DNA of 40,594 bases from a virus (taxonomy: Duplodnaviria > Caudoviricetes): positions 1 through 40,594 of IMG/VR virus record IMGVR_UViG_3300048851_000171; one strand, 5' to 3'. The notes under the pieces are model-generated. The model was not told the DNA's origin. It made no database searches and saw only the letters and a program-made list of their open reading frames with translations. This document shows positions 18,624-28,258 of this stretch, one piece after another. The position numbers and the translations under genes are program-made. The stretch's first letter is position 1, and the number at the start of each line of letters is the position of its first letter.

Positions 18624-19946
18624 CTACCGCCTTTGACCGCGGGCGGCCGCGCGTGCCGGATCGTTGTCGTCAATGGTCTCATCCTCTTCAGGAGGCGTGT
18701 CACCCTGGCCGCCCATGGCACCTTGGCTGATCGTGTCGGTTGCTTTGCCGGGAGGCATGTCGAGCGTGTCGCGGACTTCGACCTGCGACATCCATCCGCG
18801 CGCCCCGCCGGAGCCGAGCGCCTTGGACAGGAAGTCGGCCTGATCCTTCATCGAGCCGCGCAGAAGAGCGGCGGCGTTGAACTTGACGGCGAACGCGTCC
18901 TTGTCGGGGCCAACGAGCAGCGACCGTTCGATGGCCTGCTGCCAGGCCTCGAACCAGGGGTTCAGCGCGTACTGGACGAAGAAGCGGCCCAACGCTTCGA
19001 TGCCGGATCCCCAACTCGTCTCGTCCACCATCAAGAGCGGCCGGGGCACGCCCGTCACGCGGGCGATCTCCTCAACCTGCATGCGGCGCACTTCAATCAG
19101 CTGCGCATCGCGTGCCGTCGAACCGGCCCGGACGTGCTTCACGCCGTCCTCGAGGATCGGCGTCCCACCCGCGTTGCCGGCGCCGGAATACTGCTCAGCC
19201 CACGACTTCTTCAGCCGCTCGTAAGCCTCTGCGCTAAGCTCCTTCGGAACCTCGAGCGTGCCATCGATCAGGCTGCCGTTCTTGAAGAGCTTGCTTGCTG
19301 CAAGCTCTGCGGCCAGCGCGAGGCCGATGGCCTCAGCGGCCTGCGTCACCAGCGAAAGGCCGACAATCCCGTCCAGCGACACGCCGCGCAAATGGAACAC
19401 GTCCCGCGCGGCCAGGTCGTACCCGACACCATTCGCCGGCTGGTGCCGGTAGACGATGTCGCCACTGCTCAGCTGCCGCGGCGTCGTCCGCCGCGGGTCC
19501 ATCGGCACGAGCCGGATGACCTTGTCGCGGCCAGTCCGGAGATCCTTCGACCAGAAGATGCGCGCATAGGCGTTGCCGTGGATCAGTGCGCGCAGCTGCA
19601 TCAGCGTCTTGAAGTCGAAGGCGGTCTGGTAGGTGTTCGGCTCCCGGTGAAGGACGCGGTAGAGGGAGTGATCCTTGGCCTTCTCCTTGGTGTCATCGTT
19701 GATCAGGTGCAACGGCAGCATGCCGATCGAGTAGCTGATCAGCGACACCGCTCGGAACATGGTCGTGTTCTTCAGCGCCCTCTCAGGATTGACGCTCTGG
19801 CCCGATGCGGTGCCGAAGCCCAGCCGAAGCCAGTCGGCAACGCGCGGGTCATCCAGATCGACAAAGACGCCGATGTCCGCATGAGGCGCTGACCGGGAGG
19901 TCGCCGCGCTCTCGGGCGCCTTCCTGAACCAGTCAATCAAGCCCAT
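18624..19946 (-). CDS. portal protein, HK97 family
   Basis: PN.YQTAFDF, GNAYA, VFHLRG, EEIARVTGVP, LLRG motifs. Confidence 0.95.
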   Translation of the reverse strand: MGLIDWFRKAPESAATSRSAPHADIGVFVDLDDPRVADWLRLGFGTASGQSVNPERALKNTTMFRAVSLISYSIGMLPLHLINDDTKEKAKDHSLYRVLHREPNTYQTAFDFKTLMQLRALIHGNAYARIFWSKDLRTGRDKVIRLVPMDPRRTTPRQLSSGDIVYRHQPANGVGYDLAARDVFHLRGVSLDGIVGLSLVTQAAEAIGLALAAELAASKLFKNGSLIDGTLEVPKELSAEAYERLKKSWAEQYSGAGNAGGTPILEDGVKHVRAGSTARDAQLIEVRRMQVEEIARVTGVPRPLLMVDETSWGSGIEALGRFFVQYALNPWFEAWQQAIERSLLVGPDKDAFAVKFNAAALLRGSMKDQADFLSKALGSGGARGWMSQVEVRDTLDMPPGKATDTISQGAMGGQGDTPPEEDETIDDNDPARAAARGQRR

Positions 19947-19952
19947 GGAACC

Positions 19953-21632
19953 TCACACCACGCGGATGCCGCGAGTCTCGTAGACCGACCGTCCGAACGC
20001 TTCTGGATTTCGGCTCATCAGCATGGCTGCGTTGAACGCCGCCACGAGCGGATCGATCTTCGCCTTGCCCGCCACTTCCTTCGTGATCAGGATGGCGTTG
20101 CCGCGTTGCTCGGCCTTCGCGTTGCCGACGCACCAGGTCATCAGCTGCGAGCCGTCGTGCCAGAAGGTTCCGTCCTTCAGCTTCCGCTCCAGCCCCCACA
20201 CGGCAGGCGACAGGCGCGAGCCCTGCCCGATTGATGCGAGCTCGTCGCCCTCGACTCCGTGGGCCGCGAGCTCATCCACCAGCGCGGCCACCCCAAATGG
20301 ATCGAGCCCAACGCCGAACTTCTCCGGCAGCAAGCCCGCTCGCTTCACCTGCACCACGATCTGGACAGCTTCGGCGATATCCTCTGTCGCGTTAGTGCAC
20401 AGCTTCAGTGTGCCCTCCGCTGAGAGATCCTGAAGCTTCTGCGCGATGTCCTTGCGCAATTGCAGCACGTCGGACTGCACCCACGCCCGGCACCACAGCA
20501 GCCAGTCTCGCGTGGTACGACAACGGCCAATTACGGCCAGGCCGAGCAGATCATCCAGACCGCCGCCGTCGATTCCGACTGTAGCCACATCGCAGCGAGC
20601 GATGATCTCCTCCAATGTGATCTCGTTGTCGGCGGCGCCAAGCCAGTAATCGGCACCACGCCAACGACCGTCATGCGTCGCCAGACCGATCTGCACGTTG
20701 AAGTGCTGCGAGGCGAGAAGAGCCAGCTGCGCCGGCCCTTCATGTTCCGCCACGAGCAACTGGTCCCGCAGATACGCCTCGTCCACCGATCGCCCGAGGT
20801 TCGGGTTCACCAGTGCCCAGGTGGCAGGATCCTTCCACCCGCCGTTCTCTGCTACCGCCAGCGGCAGCTCGTAAAGAATGGGCAGCAACGGCAGGATCAT
20901 GTTGCCGGCGCGCACTTCGCGGGCGATATCGAGTTCTGCCCTGAACACGCCCTCCGGCGGCTCCTTCGACTGCGTCGTGATCTGGAGCAGGAAGCCTTCC
21001 GGCCGCGCTGCCAGTGAACCCCGGATCTCCACGAAGATGTCAGCGGCCTTCGCCTTCTTGGAGAAGACGTGGGTCTCATCGATCAGGATGAACGTAGCCT
21101 TGGAGCCGGTGATGACATCCGCATCGGCGGCCTTGATGACGATGATGGCCAGGGTAATCCGGTGCGTGATCGTCCGCTGGTGCGTCTGTGGATAGAAGAG
21201 CTTGGTGAGCTCCGTATCCAGACGGATGATGCCGGCAGCCTGCTTGAACGCGATGTCGGCGATCTTCTTCGTTGGCGCAATGAGCAGAAGCTCAGCTTCC
21301 GGACGCCGGTTCATGATAGCCGCCGTCACCATGATGGCGGCGGCTATGCTCGACTTGGCATTCTTCTTCGGGATCAGGAGGAAGAATTCCCTGATCATCC
21401 GCCTCTTCTTCTCGACATCGTGCGAGCCGAACAGAGCGGCCACGATGTCGAAGACCCACTGGCCGCACGCCTCGCCATAGGTCGGCGTGCCGATCATGTC
21501 GGGAACGCGCAGCCGCTTGAAGATGCGGAGGGCGCGCTCGGCTTCCTCCTCGAACAACGGCAGGTCGGGCACGAGGGATCGGCCCGAGAGAATACGCTCC
21601 TCCCAGTCCGGACAGGCTGTGCTCCAGTCCAT
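19953..21632 (-). CDS. terminase large subunit
   Basis: Walker A-like IPKKNAKS, Walker B ILIDETH, GIDGGGLDDL and KIDPLVA nuclease motifs. Confidence 0.95.
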   Translation of the reverse strand: MDWSTACPDWEERILSGRSLVPDLPLFEEEAERALRIFKRLRVPDMIGTPTYGEACGQWVFDIVAALFGSHDVEKKRRMIREFFLLIPKKNAKSSIAAAIMVTAAIMNRRPEAELLLIAPTKKIADIAFKQAAGIIRLDTELTKLFYPQTHQRTITHRITLAIIVIKAADADVITGSKATFILIDETHVFSKKAKAADIFVEIRGSLAARPEGFLLQITTQSKEPPEGVFRAELDIAREVRAGNMILPLLPILYELPLAVAENGGWKDPATWALVNPNLGRSVDEAYLRDQLLVAEHEGPAQLALLASQHFNVQIGLATHDGRWRGADYWLGAADNEITLEEIIARCDVATVGIDGGGLDDLLGLAVIGRCRTTRDWLLWCRAWVQSDVLQLRKDIAQKLQDLSAEGTLKLCTNATEDIAEAVQIVVQVKRAGLLPEKFGVGLDPFGVAALVDELAAHGVEGDELASIGQGSRLSPAVWGLERKLKDGTFWHDGSQLMTWCVGNAKAEQRGNAILITKEVAGKAKIDPLVAAFNAAMLMSRNPEAFGRSVYETRGIRVV

Positions 21633-22114
21633 CAGTTGACGGCGAGATCCTTGCCCCAGCCGGTGTCGAAGCCGGCGGTCTCGGCAGCCCTGGCGGCCTC
21701 CTCCTTCTTCCCGAGCTTCGGCTCACGTCGCGGCTGAGGCTCCGCTGCCGGGCGTTGTCCGGTGATGAAATCGCGTTGACCGACCATCACGTCGTTGCGC
21801 TCGACCAGCTTCCGGAATTCCTTGATGGCCGCCACGTTGCCCTTCTCGACGCCCTCGTCCCAGAGGCGCTGCGCGATGCGCGCGTCCATCCGGTCACGCA
21901 TGACCTCGCGAAACTTGAGCTCAGAAAAATAATGCTTCCGCAGCGTTGGCAGCGTGACGAAAAGTGCCGCTGCGATCCGATCGTTGCTCCAGCCAAGGGC
22001 CAGTAACAGCCTGACTTTGTTGGCATTTTCCTGAGACGGCATGTGAGCCGGCCGACCACGCCGGCCATGGTTCGCCGGAACCGGATCGCCGAAGAGGTCG
22101 AAAACTTCGCTCAT
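21632..22114 (-). CDS. terminase small subunit (putative)
   Basis: RGRP, HTH-like TLRKHYFSEL, GNVAA, LGKKE motifs; directly upstream of TerL. Confidence 0.8.
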   Translation of the reverse strand: MSEVFDLFGDPVPANHGRRGRPAHMPSQENANKVRLLLALGWSNDRIAAALFVTLPTLRKHYFSELKFREVMRDRMDARIAQRLWDEGVEKGNVAAIKEFRKLVERNDVMVGQRDFITGQRPAAEPQPRREPKLGKKEEAARAAETAGFDTGWGKDLAVN

Positions 22115-22199
22115 CAGAAAAAAATCTCCGCATGGGGGGACAGCGGGTCCGCGCTCTCGGGCCGGTCCGGACTTTCGACCCGCCCCCCCTTGGTCGCGA
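22115..22199 (-). other. putative cos packaging region
   Basis: Intergenic between HNH and TerS, with GGGGGGGCGGGTCGAAAGT and a T run on the minus strand, as typical of HK97-like cos phages. Confidence 0.55.
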
Positions 22200-22586
22200 T
22201 CAGTCCCAGACGCCGCGATGGTGCAGGCTGGCCTGCTCTTCCTTCTGCTTCTGCTTGTCGTGGTAGCCCTTGCTCACGGCCTCGACGTTGTCGGGGTCGA
22301 AGAACAGGGCGCGGTCACCACGATGCGGCTTGCGATGATCGGCCACCGGGCTGTTGTCCGCAGGGTACTTGCCGATCAGCAGCACGCCCGTCTTCTGGCA
22401 GACGTAATTGTCGCGCAGCAGCACGGCGGCCCGCAGCTCGCGCCACTCCTTCGTCTTGTACCACTTGCGCCAGGGTGCGGACTGGTCCCGCCTCTGGCTG
22501 CGCTCGGCTTCATCCTTCGGAGGCAGGACACCAAGACGGGATGGCAGCGAACCTATGCGGGGTGCAAGGCTGGTGAGGCGGGCCAT
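22200..22586 (-). CDS. HNH endonuclease (terminase-associated)
   Basis: WYKTKEWRELR..VL.RD.Y.CQ, ADHRKPHRGD..LF.D.DN...H motifs. Confidence 0.9.
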   Translation of the reverse strand: MARLTSLAPRIGSLPSRLGVLPPKDEAERSQRRDQSAPWRKWYKTKEWRELRAAVLLRDNYVCQKTGVLLIGKYPADNSPVADHRKPHRGDRALFFDPDNVEAVSKGYHDKQKQKEEQASLHHRGVWD

Positions 22587-22601
22587 TCGGCTCCGATCCT
22601 T

Positions 22602-22640
22602 AAACGAAGAAACCCGGCGCGGGTGGACCGGCCGGGTTTC
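22602..22640 (-). terminator. hairpin/terminator at the head of the late operon
   Basis: GAAACCCGGC/GCCGGGTTTC 10-bp stem followed by TTCGTTT. Confidence 0.6.
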
Positions 22641-22691
22641 CTCAGAGCGCAGTGCTCTTGCTCGACATAGGTGCAAATTCCAAACGCAGCG

Positions 22692-23660
22692 TCAACTACG
22701 ACGCCGCCGCCGCCCGCTTGCCGCCACCTTTAGAACCTGTATCCGCTCAGAAGGGCGTTCGCTAACAGGCTGGAAACGAATGACTTTCCCAGATTGCCAC
22801 GGGTCGCCCGAGCCTGTGGAAAGATCACGACACACGACAGGGGCAGCCACATCTCCGCTTTCCCACGGGCGAATCGGCCGCGCACTTGGCTCCGCCCGGT
22901 GCTCATGCAACACGCTGCCGTCGAGGTAAGCCGCGGCCATCTCTGCTCCGCCCCGGCTTCGCGGCCCTTCCAGTACATCGACTAGGGCAGCCAGCCCCAT
23001 CACCCAGAGTTCGTACTCCGCGCGCCACGCCACAGCCAAAGCCGGGTCTGGATCGAGCAGTGTCTTCCGGTATGCGTCGGGGTGCGGACGATGGCGCTTG
23101 GCGTCATACCCATCCTGCTCAATCGAGCGGATCATGCGCTGCCCGTCGACAGTCCCGTAATCGACATCGACCATGCGAAACCAGCGAGGCCGCCCATTCG
23201 GCCCGGTGATAATCCGCCGCTCCGGCACCTCCGCTTCCCAATCGGGGCCACCGCCCATGATGGCGTGGTGACGTAGCAGGACTGACAAAGCCCGGCGCGG
23301 GCGCGTCTCACCCTGGGCATCGGTCACGAACACGTCCCGCAATCCAGTAGCGAGCGCCGTGCGCGTCTCATCCTCGCTAAGGCCAAGGTCAGCCACCGGG
23401 TTCCAGTCTTCCGGCACGGCAACCGCATAGGCGTCGAGCGCCGCAACAGCACGCCCGATCACAAGCGCATCGGGGTGCGGCGGCCCATTGGCCTGCCAGT
23501 CGATCACCACGCCGAAGCCGTTGTCGACGGCGGCCATGCCGTCGCTCCAGCTGGACGCCGAGAAGCCCGCGGGATGGAAGCCCACCGCGCCGCGCTCCGC
23601 CTTGGGCAGTTCCGTTCGATACGCCCAACGCAGCAGATCCTCGATTGCCATGCTCTTCAT
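22692..23660 (-). CDS. conserved phage protein at the Q/late-regulator position
   Basis: 322 aa, IEDLLRWAY..ELPK and PHPDA motifs; function inferred from position only. Confidence 0.7.
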   Translation of the reverse strand: MKSMAIEDLLRWAYRTELPKAERGAVGFHPAGFSASSWSDGMAAVDNGFGVVIDWQANGPPHPDALVIGRAVAALDAYAVAVPEDWNPVADLGLSEDETRTALATGLRDVFVTDAQGETRPRRALSVLLRHHAIMGGGPDWEAEVPERRIITGPNGRPRWFRMVDVDYGTVDGQRMIRSIEQDGYDAKRHRPHPDAYRKTLLDPDPALAVAWRAEYELWVMGLAALVDVLEGPRSRGGAEMAAAYLDGSVLHEHRAEPSARPIRPWESGDVAAPVVCRDLSTGSGDPWQSGKVIRFQPVSERPSERIQVLKVAASGRRRRRS

Positions 23661-23675
23661 CGCCTGCCCCTTCAC

Positions 23676-24004
23676 TGCCCCACCTGCCCCACCTTCAATC
23701 AATCAAAAAACAAGGTGGGGCATAGACAACCATTTGTTTCCGCTAGCTTTTCCCACCTGCCCCACTTGCCCCACCTCTTCCGGCACCGGACCCACAATCC
23801 AATTCGTGAGAGCGGGACCCTTCGGCGCAAAATGGCCGTCGGGTTGTGGGATGTTGGGGCCGGTTGCACTCCCCCTGCCGAACATTTCACGCGCGCACGT
23901 GACGAAAACAGGTGGGGCACGTGGGACAGGTGGGGCAAAGTCAATAAGAACAACGACTTGGCGAGCCCCACATAGAAACACTGCCCCACCTGAGACGTGG
24001 GGCA
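23676..24004. repeat. array of about 12 direct and inverted TGCCCCACC 9-mers; putative replication origin
   Basis: Copies at 23676, 23685, 23714(rc), ~23749, 23758, 23767, 23911(rc), 23920(rc), 23929(rc), 23964, 23982, 23996(rc), with A/T-rich spacers, just downstream of the helicase. Confidence 0.8.
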
Positions 24005-24013
24005 ATGTGCGTT

Positions 24014-25564
24014 CTACCCCTCGAAATCCGGTCTCTCAGCCGCGACGGGTTCACCGTCCCAAGCCAAGGGCTGGTTCATCTCGGCGGCGAAATGGGCGCG
24101 GCACGCATCCAAAGGCGGCAGCACCAGGCACCATCGGCGCTTCGTCTCGCCGGGGCTGATGTCCACGTGCCGTTTCTCGCGCCTCAGCCCATCTGGCATC
24201 AGCTTGCGGAGCGCGATGCCGAAAGCAGTCATCTCGCTCTTGCGCTTCACGCCGATCTTTTCGGAAGCCGCGATATAGTCGTCGAAAAGAATGTCGGTCT
24301 CGATGTAGTCGAGCCATTGCGAGCCGCCGCGTGTCGGCGCGCCATCCACTAGGCGCTCGTACCACCAGCTCTGCACCGTCGTCAGCGAGCGCAGCTTCTG
24401 CTCCAGCAGCGCCTCCGTTTTCGGGATTTGGCGCAGGTTCACGCCGGATAGGTCGAGGTGCAGCAGATCGTGCAGCAGAGCCTCACGGCCGCCGGCGTCG
24501 AGCTGCTCGTCCATTTCCGCGAAATAGGCATGGTTCCGTGCACAGTGCGGCGCCACGTCGAACACCGCGAAGCGCCTCTCATCCATGCCGGCCGGCACCA
24601 CCCAATCCTCATTCGAGGTCATGATCAGGCGCACAAAGTTGTCGAGCCGGATGGGATCGATGCCCTTGGCTTCGATCATCTGGAACTTGGAGGTGACGAG
24701 GCCCTTCAGCCGGCCCTCGGCCGCCTTGTCGCCCGCCCATACAGCTTCCTCGGCCTGCAGCAGCAGGCAGCTCGCCATGTGAGCGTTGAACTGGCCCGTG
24801 ACGTAGCGGGGATCGTCCACGAGGAAGTAGTGCGAGAGGAACAGGCTCCCGAACACTTCGCCGATCTTCGTCTTTCCGGAGCCCATCTTGCCGCGAAAGA
24901 TCATGGCCGTGCCGATGCGCTCGCGAGGGCGCTGCACCATGTGGGCGGCCCAGGCGAAGATCCAGTCGAACAGCCGCTCGTCTCCCCCGCACACATTCGT
25001 CAGCAGGTGGTCGCGGAAAACGTCGTAACGTCCGCCCTCCCGCGGCTGCACGGAGAAGCCGCGCCACAGGTTTAGATAGCCGGGTGTGTGCTTGGGCTCG
25101 CCGGGATCGGGCACGAACTCGATTCCGCTGTACTGCCTGCGCTTCCTCTCAGCCAGCCAAGCGATTGCCCAGGTGACGGACTTGATTTTGCCGTCATGGT
25201 CGAAGCGCTCGGTGAAGCGGTTCGAGAACCACTGCTTGAAAGCCTCGACCGAGATCACGCGGATGCGGTCTTCAACGGGCGCGTCGGGGCGTTCGCGGAT
25301 GATCACGGACTTGGCGCCCCACAGCACGAGCGCCCATTCCTCGTTCATGTCCTCGACGCTGTAGCCGAAGCTCCGGGGCTCGCGCGGCTCATCATCCTGC
25401 GGCTTGGTTTCTGCCTTCGGCTTCGGAGTTCGCTTCGGCTTCTCAGCCGTCGGCGCAGAGGGCGTAACAGGCCCGGTGCCGCCCTGCCCGTCATCCATCA
25501 CCTGCGCGTTGTTCAACACGTCCGCGGCGCGGCGCAGGCCGGGATGTTCCATAACGTCACTCAC
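24014..25564 (-). CDS. SF3/D5-like helicase (DUF5906-type primase-helicase C-terminal part)
   Basis: YLNLWRGF, Walker A GKMGSGKT, Walker B LLLQAEE, MTSN, ERRFAV. Confidence 0.9.
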   Translation of the reverse strand: MSDVMEHPGLRRAADVLNNAQVMDDGQGGTGPVTPSAPTAEKPKRTPKPKAETKPQDDEPREPRSFGYSVEDMNEEWALVLWGAKSVIIRERPDAPVEDRIRVISVEAFKQWFSNRFTERFDHDGKIKSVTWAIAWLAERKRRQYSGIEFVPDPGEPKHTPGYLNLWRGFSVQPREGGRYDVFRDHLLTNVCGGDERLFDWIFAWAAHMVQRPRERIGTAMIFRGKMGSGKTKIGEVFGSLFLSHYFLVDDPRYVTGQFNAHMASCLLLQAEEAVWAGDKAAEGRLKGLVTSKFQMIEAKGIDPIRLDNFVRLIMTSNEDWVVPAGMDERRFAVFDVAPHCARNHAYFAEMDEQLDAGGREALLHDLLHLDLSGVNLRQIPKTEALLEQKLRSLTTVQSWWYERLVDGAPTRGGSQWLDYIETDILFDDYIAASEKIGVKRKSEMTAFGIALRKLMPDGLRREKRHVDISPGETKRRWCLVLPPLDACRAHFAAEMNQPLAWDGEPVAAERPDFEG

Positions 25565-25875
25565 GCGCTCACCATGGTGTCGAAGAGGTCAGGAAGCGGG
25601 ATGCGGGCCTGCCGGGCGCGCGCGCGGCGCACAGGCTGCACCTGCTCCCATAGCTTGGCGGCGAAAGCCGTCCGGTTGCGCAGACGGCGGCCGATTTCAG
25701 CCGAACGAGCCCGCTCTCGCGCCAGCTCGGCATCCATCTCGATTCCGCGCGCGCGCAGGAAGGCGTTCTCCGCCTCGAGGAAGCGGCGATACAGCCGCTC
25801 GTCATCCGGTCGCCGGTCATAGGCCAGGCGCGCGCGGCCGAGCGCTTCGGCAAGGGTGTCGAGGGAGGCGGTCAT
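25561..25875 (-). CDS. hypothetical protein
   Basis: 104 aa, 4-nt overlaps with both neighbours. Confidence 0.7.
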   Translation of the reverse strand: MTASLDTLAEALGRARLAYDRRPDDERLYRRFLEAENAFLRARGIEMDAELARERARSAEIGRRLRNRTAFAAKLWEQVQPVRRARARQARIPLPDLFDTMVSA

Positions 25876-26756
25876 GCCATCACCTCGAACAATGGCGTGT
25901 CACGCCGGCATCGATCAGCCTCGAGGCGCGACCACGCGGCCGGGTTGATCCACAGGACTTCCGTGCGCGGCCTGGCGCCATCGGCGAGTGCCGGCACCTC
26001 TATGCGCGTCCAGCATGCCAGCGCGTCGTCATACAGCTGTGAGGGATACCCGGAGAGCACCACCATTCCGACGAGGCTGCAGAGGAAGCCCAGCAGGTCG
26101 ACATGATCTTCGTGCGTCAGTTCATGGCGGTACTGGTGCTTCGGATCGTAGGGATTCCGGCAGTTCCGCGTCTCCGGCAGGTACGGGGGATCGACATAAT
26201 GGAGCGTCGTGGGGCCGTCATGGGCCGCCATCACCTGCTGCGCAGGCCGACGTTCGACAATGACCCCCCGGAGCCTCTCGATAAGCGAAGGCACCGCGTC
26301 GGGATAGTTCCGCCAATCCGTTGCCGGCGTCGTTCCGGACCTGTTCGAACTCGCGCGGAAGCCCGTCGTCTTATGCCCGCGCCCTTTGTCAGAATGAGCG
26401 TTGGAGCCGAACCCCATGAAGCTGCGGATGATCAGGCGGGCCGCAGCTTCAACCGGGTTCGCGCTTTCTTGCCAAGCATCCTCGAACTCAGACCGCGCGA
26501 AAGGCGTCAGGCGAAGCCGCTCTATCAGGCGTGCAGCATCTGCCGGCTCGCGGAGCACCCGGAACAGGGTGACCACCTCGTCATCCAGGTCATTGTAGAT
26601 CTCGGCATACGAGCGCGGCTTGCGGAGCAGCACGGAAGCTGCCCCACCGAATGGCTCGACGTAGATCCGGTGCGCAGGCAGATGGTGAAGGATCCAGGGT
26701 GCCAGCAGCCATTTACCGCCGTGCCACCGAAGAACAGGGCGTGTCGGGGCGCTCAT
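25872..26756 (-). CDS. DNA adenine methyltransferase, Dam/D12 class
   Basis: RWHGGKW, YVEPFGGAASV, YNDLD, YVDPPY. Confidence 0.95.
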   Translation of the reverse strand: MSAPTRPVLRWHGGKWLLAPWILHHLPAHRIYVEPFGGAASVLLRKPRSYAEIYNDLDDEVVTLFRVLREPADAARLIERLRLTPFARSEFEDAWQESANPVEAAARLIIRSFMGFGSNAHSDKGRGHKTTGFRASSNRSGTTPATDWRNYPDAVPSLIERLRGVIVERRPAQQVMAAHDGPTTLHYVDPPYLPETRNCRNPYDPKHQYRHELTHEDHVDLLGFLCSLVGMVVLSGYPSQLYDDALACWTRIEVPALADGARPRTEVLWINPAAWSRLEADRCRRDTPLFEVMA

Positions 26757-26950
26757 AGCCCGCGCTCCAGCCAGCGCACGCGCGGCACCGTCACGGCCAC
26801 GAAGACAGAGCCCCAAGGCTTGTGCTCGTAGTAGTAGCGGAAGGCGGCCGAGTGGATGCGGCGGTCCATCACGACCTTGCGCGTGCGGCCGATAACGAGC
26901 GGCGCTCGCGACTTGGCCATGACGGCGGCGTTCGTGCGGGCGGGCTTCAT
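26753..26950 (-). CDS. hypothetical protein
   Basis: 65 aa, coupled to both neighbours; ends TVPRVRWLER. Confidence 0.6.
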   Translation of the reverse strand: MKPARTNAAVMAKSRAPLVIGRTRKVVMDRRIHSAAFRYYYEHKPWGSVFVAVTVPRVRWLERGL

Positions 26951-27642
26951 GGCCGCACCCCGAACAACTCCGCCTGGCGGGCATCGGCCCGGTCCAGCAT
27001 GCGAAGCACCGTCTCGCCCGTCGACGCCTTGTCCCAGACGAACCAGGCGTTGAGCATCGGCGGCGCACCCTGCCCCGTGAAGTCGATCTTCCAACGCATC
27101 AAGTAAACGCGTGCCGGCGGATGGGCGGCGTAGAAGTCGCGCAGGCCGCCCGCGCCGGGCCAGTTCCAGTTCAGCAGCAGCGCCATGTATTCGACGCCCA
27201 AGACGTCGAGCGCGTGCTTCATCCAGCGGACGCGACCATTGCCCCAGCTGCACTCGGCGAAGGGCGGATTGGTGAAGATGCCGACGCTGCCGTTGGCGGT
27301 TTGCATAGGCGGCTCGGCAAAGTCGTAGAACGACCGGATCAGCGCCCCGCATCCGCGATCGACCAAGTCGGAGCAGAACACGGACAGGCCAAGGGCCCGC
27401 ATCTCGCGCGCCATCGCGCCGTCACCTGCGGCAGGCTCCCATATTGCGCCGAGTTGCCGCAGGCGGTCGATCTCAGCTGCCAGCAGCGCACGCGTGGGCT
27501 CGGGCGGCGTCGGATAGAAGTCGTTCTTCTCCCGCTCCAGCTGCTCGCCCTTCACGAGCGTACCCGCCAGGTCATAGCCGGCGACCGGCCTGCCCTTCTT
27601 TCCCGTGGCGAGGAACAGGCCGCGTGCAGAGGGCGCGCTCAT
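26947..27642 (-). CDS. second amino (N6A/N4C) DNA methyltransferase
   Basis: DFYPTP, IWEPAAGDG (SAM binding), TNPPF (motif IV), AWFVWD. Confidence 0.85.
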   Translation of the reverse strand: MSAPSARGLFLATGKKGRPVAGYDLAGTLVKGEQLEREKNDFYPTPPEPTRALLAAEIDRLRQLGAIWEPAAGDGAMAREMRALGLSVFCSDLVDRGCGALIRSFYDFAEPPMQTANGSVGIFTNPPFAECSWGNGRVRWMKHALDVLGVEYMALLLNWNWPGAGGLRDFYAAHPPARVYLMRWKIDFTGQGAPPMLNAWFVWDKASTGETVLRMLDRADARQAELFGVRP

Positions 27643-27917
27643 GCCGCCACCTTCTTCCGCTCAAGCCGCGCCGCGATCTCGCAGGTGGTGGCGCGGTCGG
27701 CTGCCTTGGCGCCGATCTTCAGGGCCATGTCCCGCTGCCGCGACGTGAGGTCGTAGTGCGGCCAGCGCGCATTGTGGAACCAGCAGCGCTTCAGCCCCAG
27801 CCGGGCGGCGAAGGCGTGCAGCTGCGCCCGGTCCTCGCAGAACAGGTGGCACCAACGCCGCCCCTTCACGAACTGGATTGCGTCGACATAGACGGGATGC
27901 ACGACGGGATCGCTCAT
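27639..27917 (-). CDS. DUF4031 family protein
   Basis: VYVD...WCHL...LHAFAARLGLKR.WF...HYDL. Confidence 0.85.
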   Translation of the reverse strand: MSDPVVHPVYVDAIQFVKGRRWCHLFCEDRAQLHAFAARLGLKRCWFHNARWPHYDLTSRQRDMALKIGAKAADRATTCEIAARLERKKVAA

Positions 27918-27933
27918 GCGAAAGCCCCTCGCA

Positions 27934-27994
27934 GTGTGTACCTATACACACAATTATGTTGACGCCCCTCCAAGTAGTGTGTATAACTACACAC
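27934..27994 (+). promoter_or_regulatory. hicAB sigma70 promoter with two palindromic operators
   Basis: TTGACG(27959)-17 nt-TATAAC(27982); GTGTGTA-N4-TACACAC at 27934-27951 and 27977-27994. Confidence 0.85.
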
Positions 27995-28012
27995 AACAAA
28001 CGGAGCGGGACG

Positions 28013-28222
28013 ATGTCGCAGAAACGAAAGCCGATGACGCCGAAAGAGGTGCTTAGGCGCCTTGAGGCGGAAGGGTGGACGCTGAAGCGCAAGGGCCCCG
28101 GCGACCACGTCCAGTACACCCATCCGGATCGACCGGGCCGGGTGACGGTGGACACGGGCGTCCGCGAGATACCGACCGGGACGCTCCGCTCGGTCTTCAG
28201 GCAAGCGGGCTGGGACTGGTAA
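28013..28222 (+). CDS. hicA: HicA family toxin (mRNA interferase)
   Basis: EVLRRLEAEGW...GDHVQYTHP..PGRVTV...IPTGTLRSVFRQAGW. Confidence 0.9.
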   Translation: MSQKRKPMTPKEVLRRLEAEGWTLKRKGPGDHVQYTHPDRPGRVTVDTGVREIPTGTLRSVFRQAGWDW

Positions 28223-28258
28223 GTCCCGGCCCCACAGGCACCTACCACGGAGAAGAAC

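Noticed and set aside
21345-21380. TerL Walker A reads PKKNAKS rather than GKS/T
   Set aside because: Non-Gly residues at this position occur in this terminase group as far as I recall; the rest of the gene is intact, so it is not called a pseudogene
23676-24004. Possible CRISPR array
   Set aside because: Repeats are 9 nt, in both orientations and irregularly spaced; no cas genes
23699-24005. 96 aa and 100 aa ORFs over the repeat array
   Set aside because: Translations merely reflect the 9-mer repeats; the region is better explained as an origin
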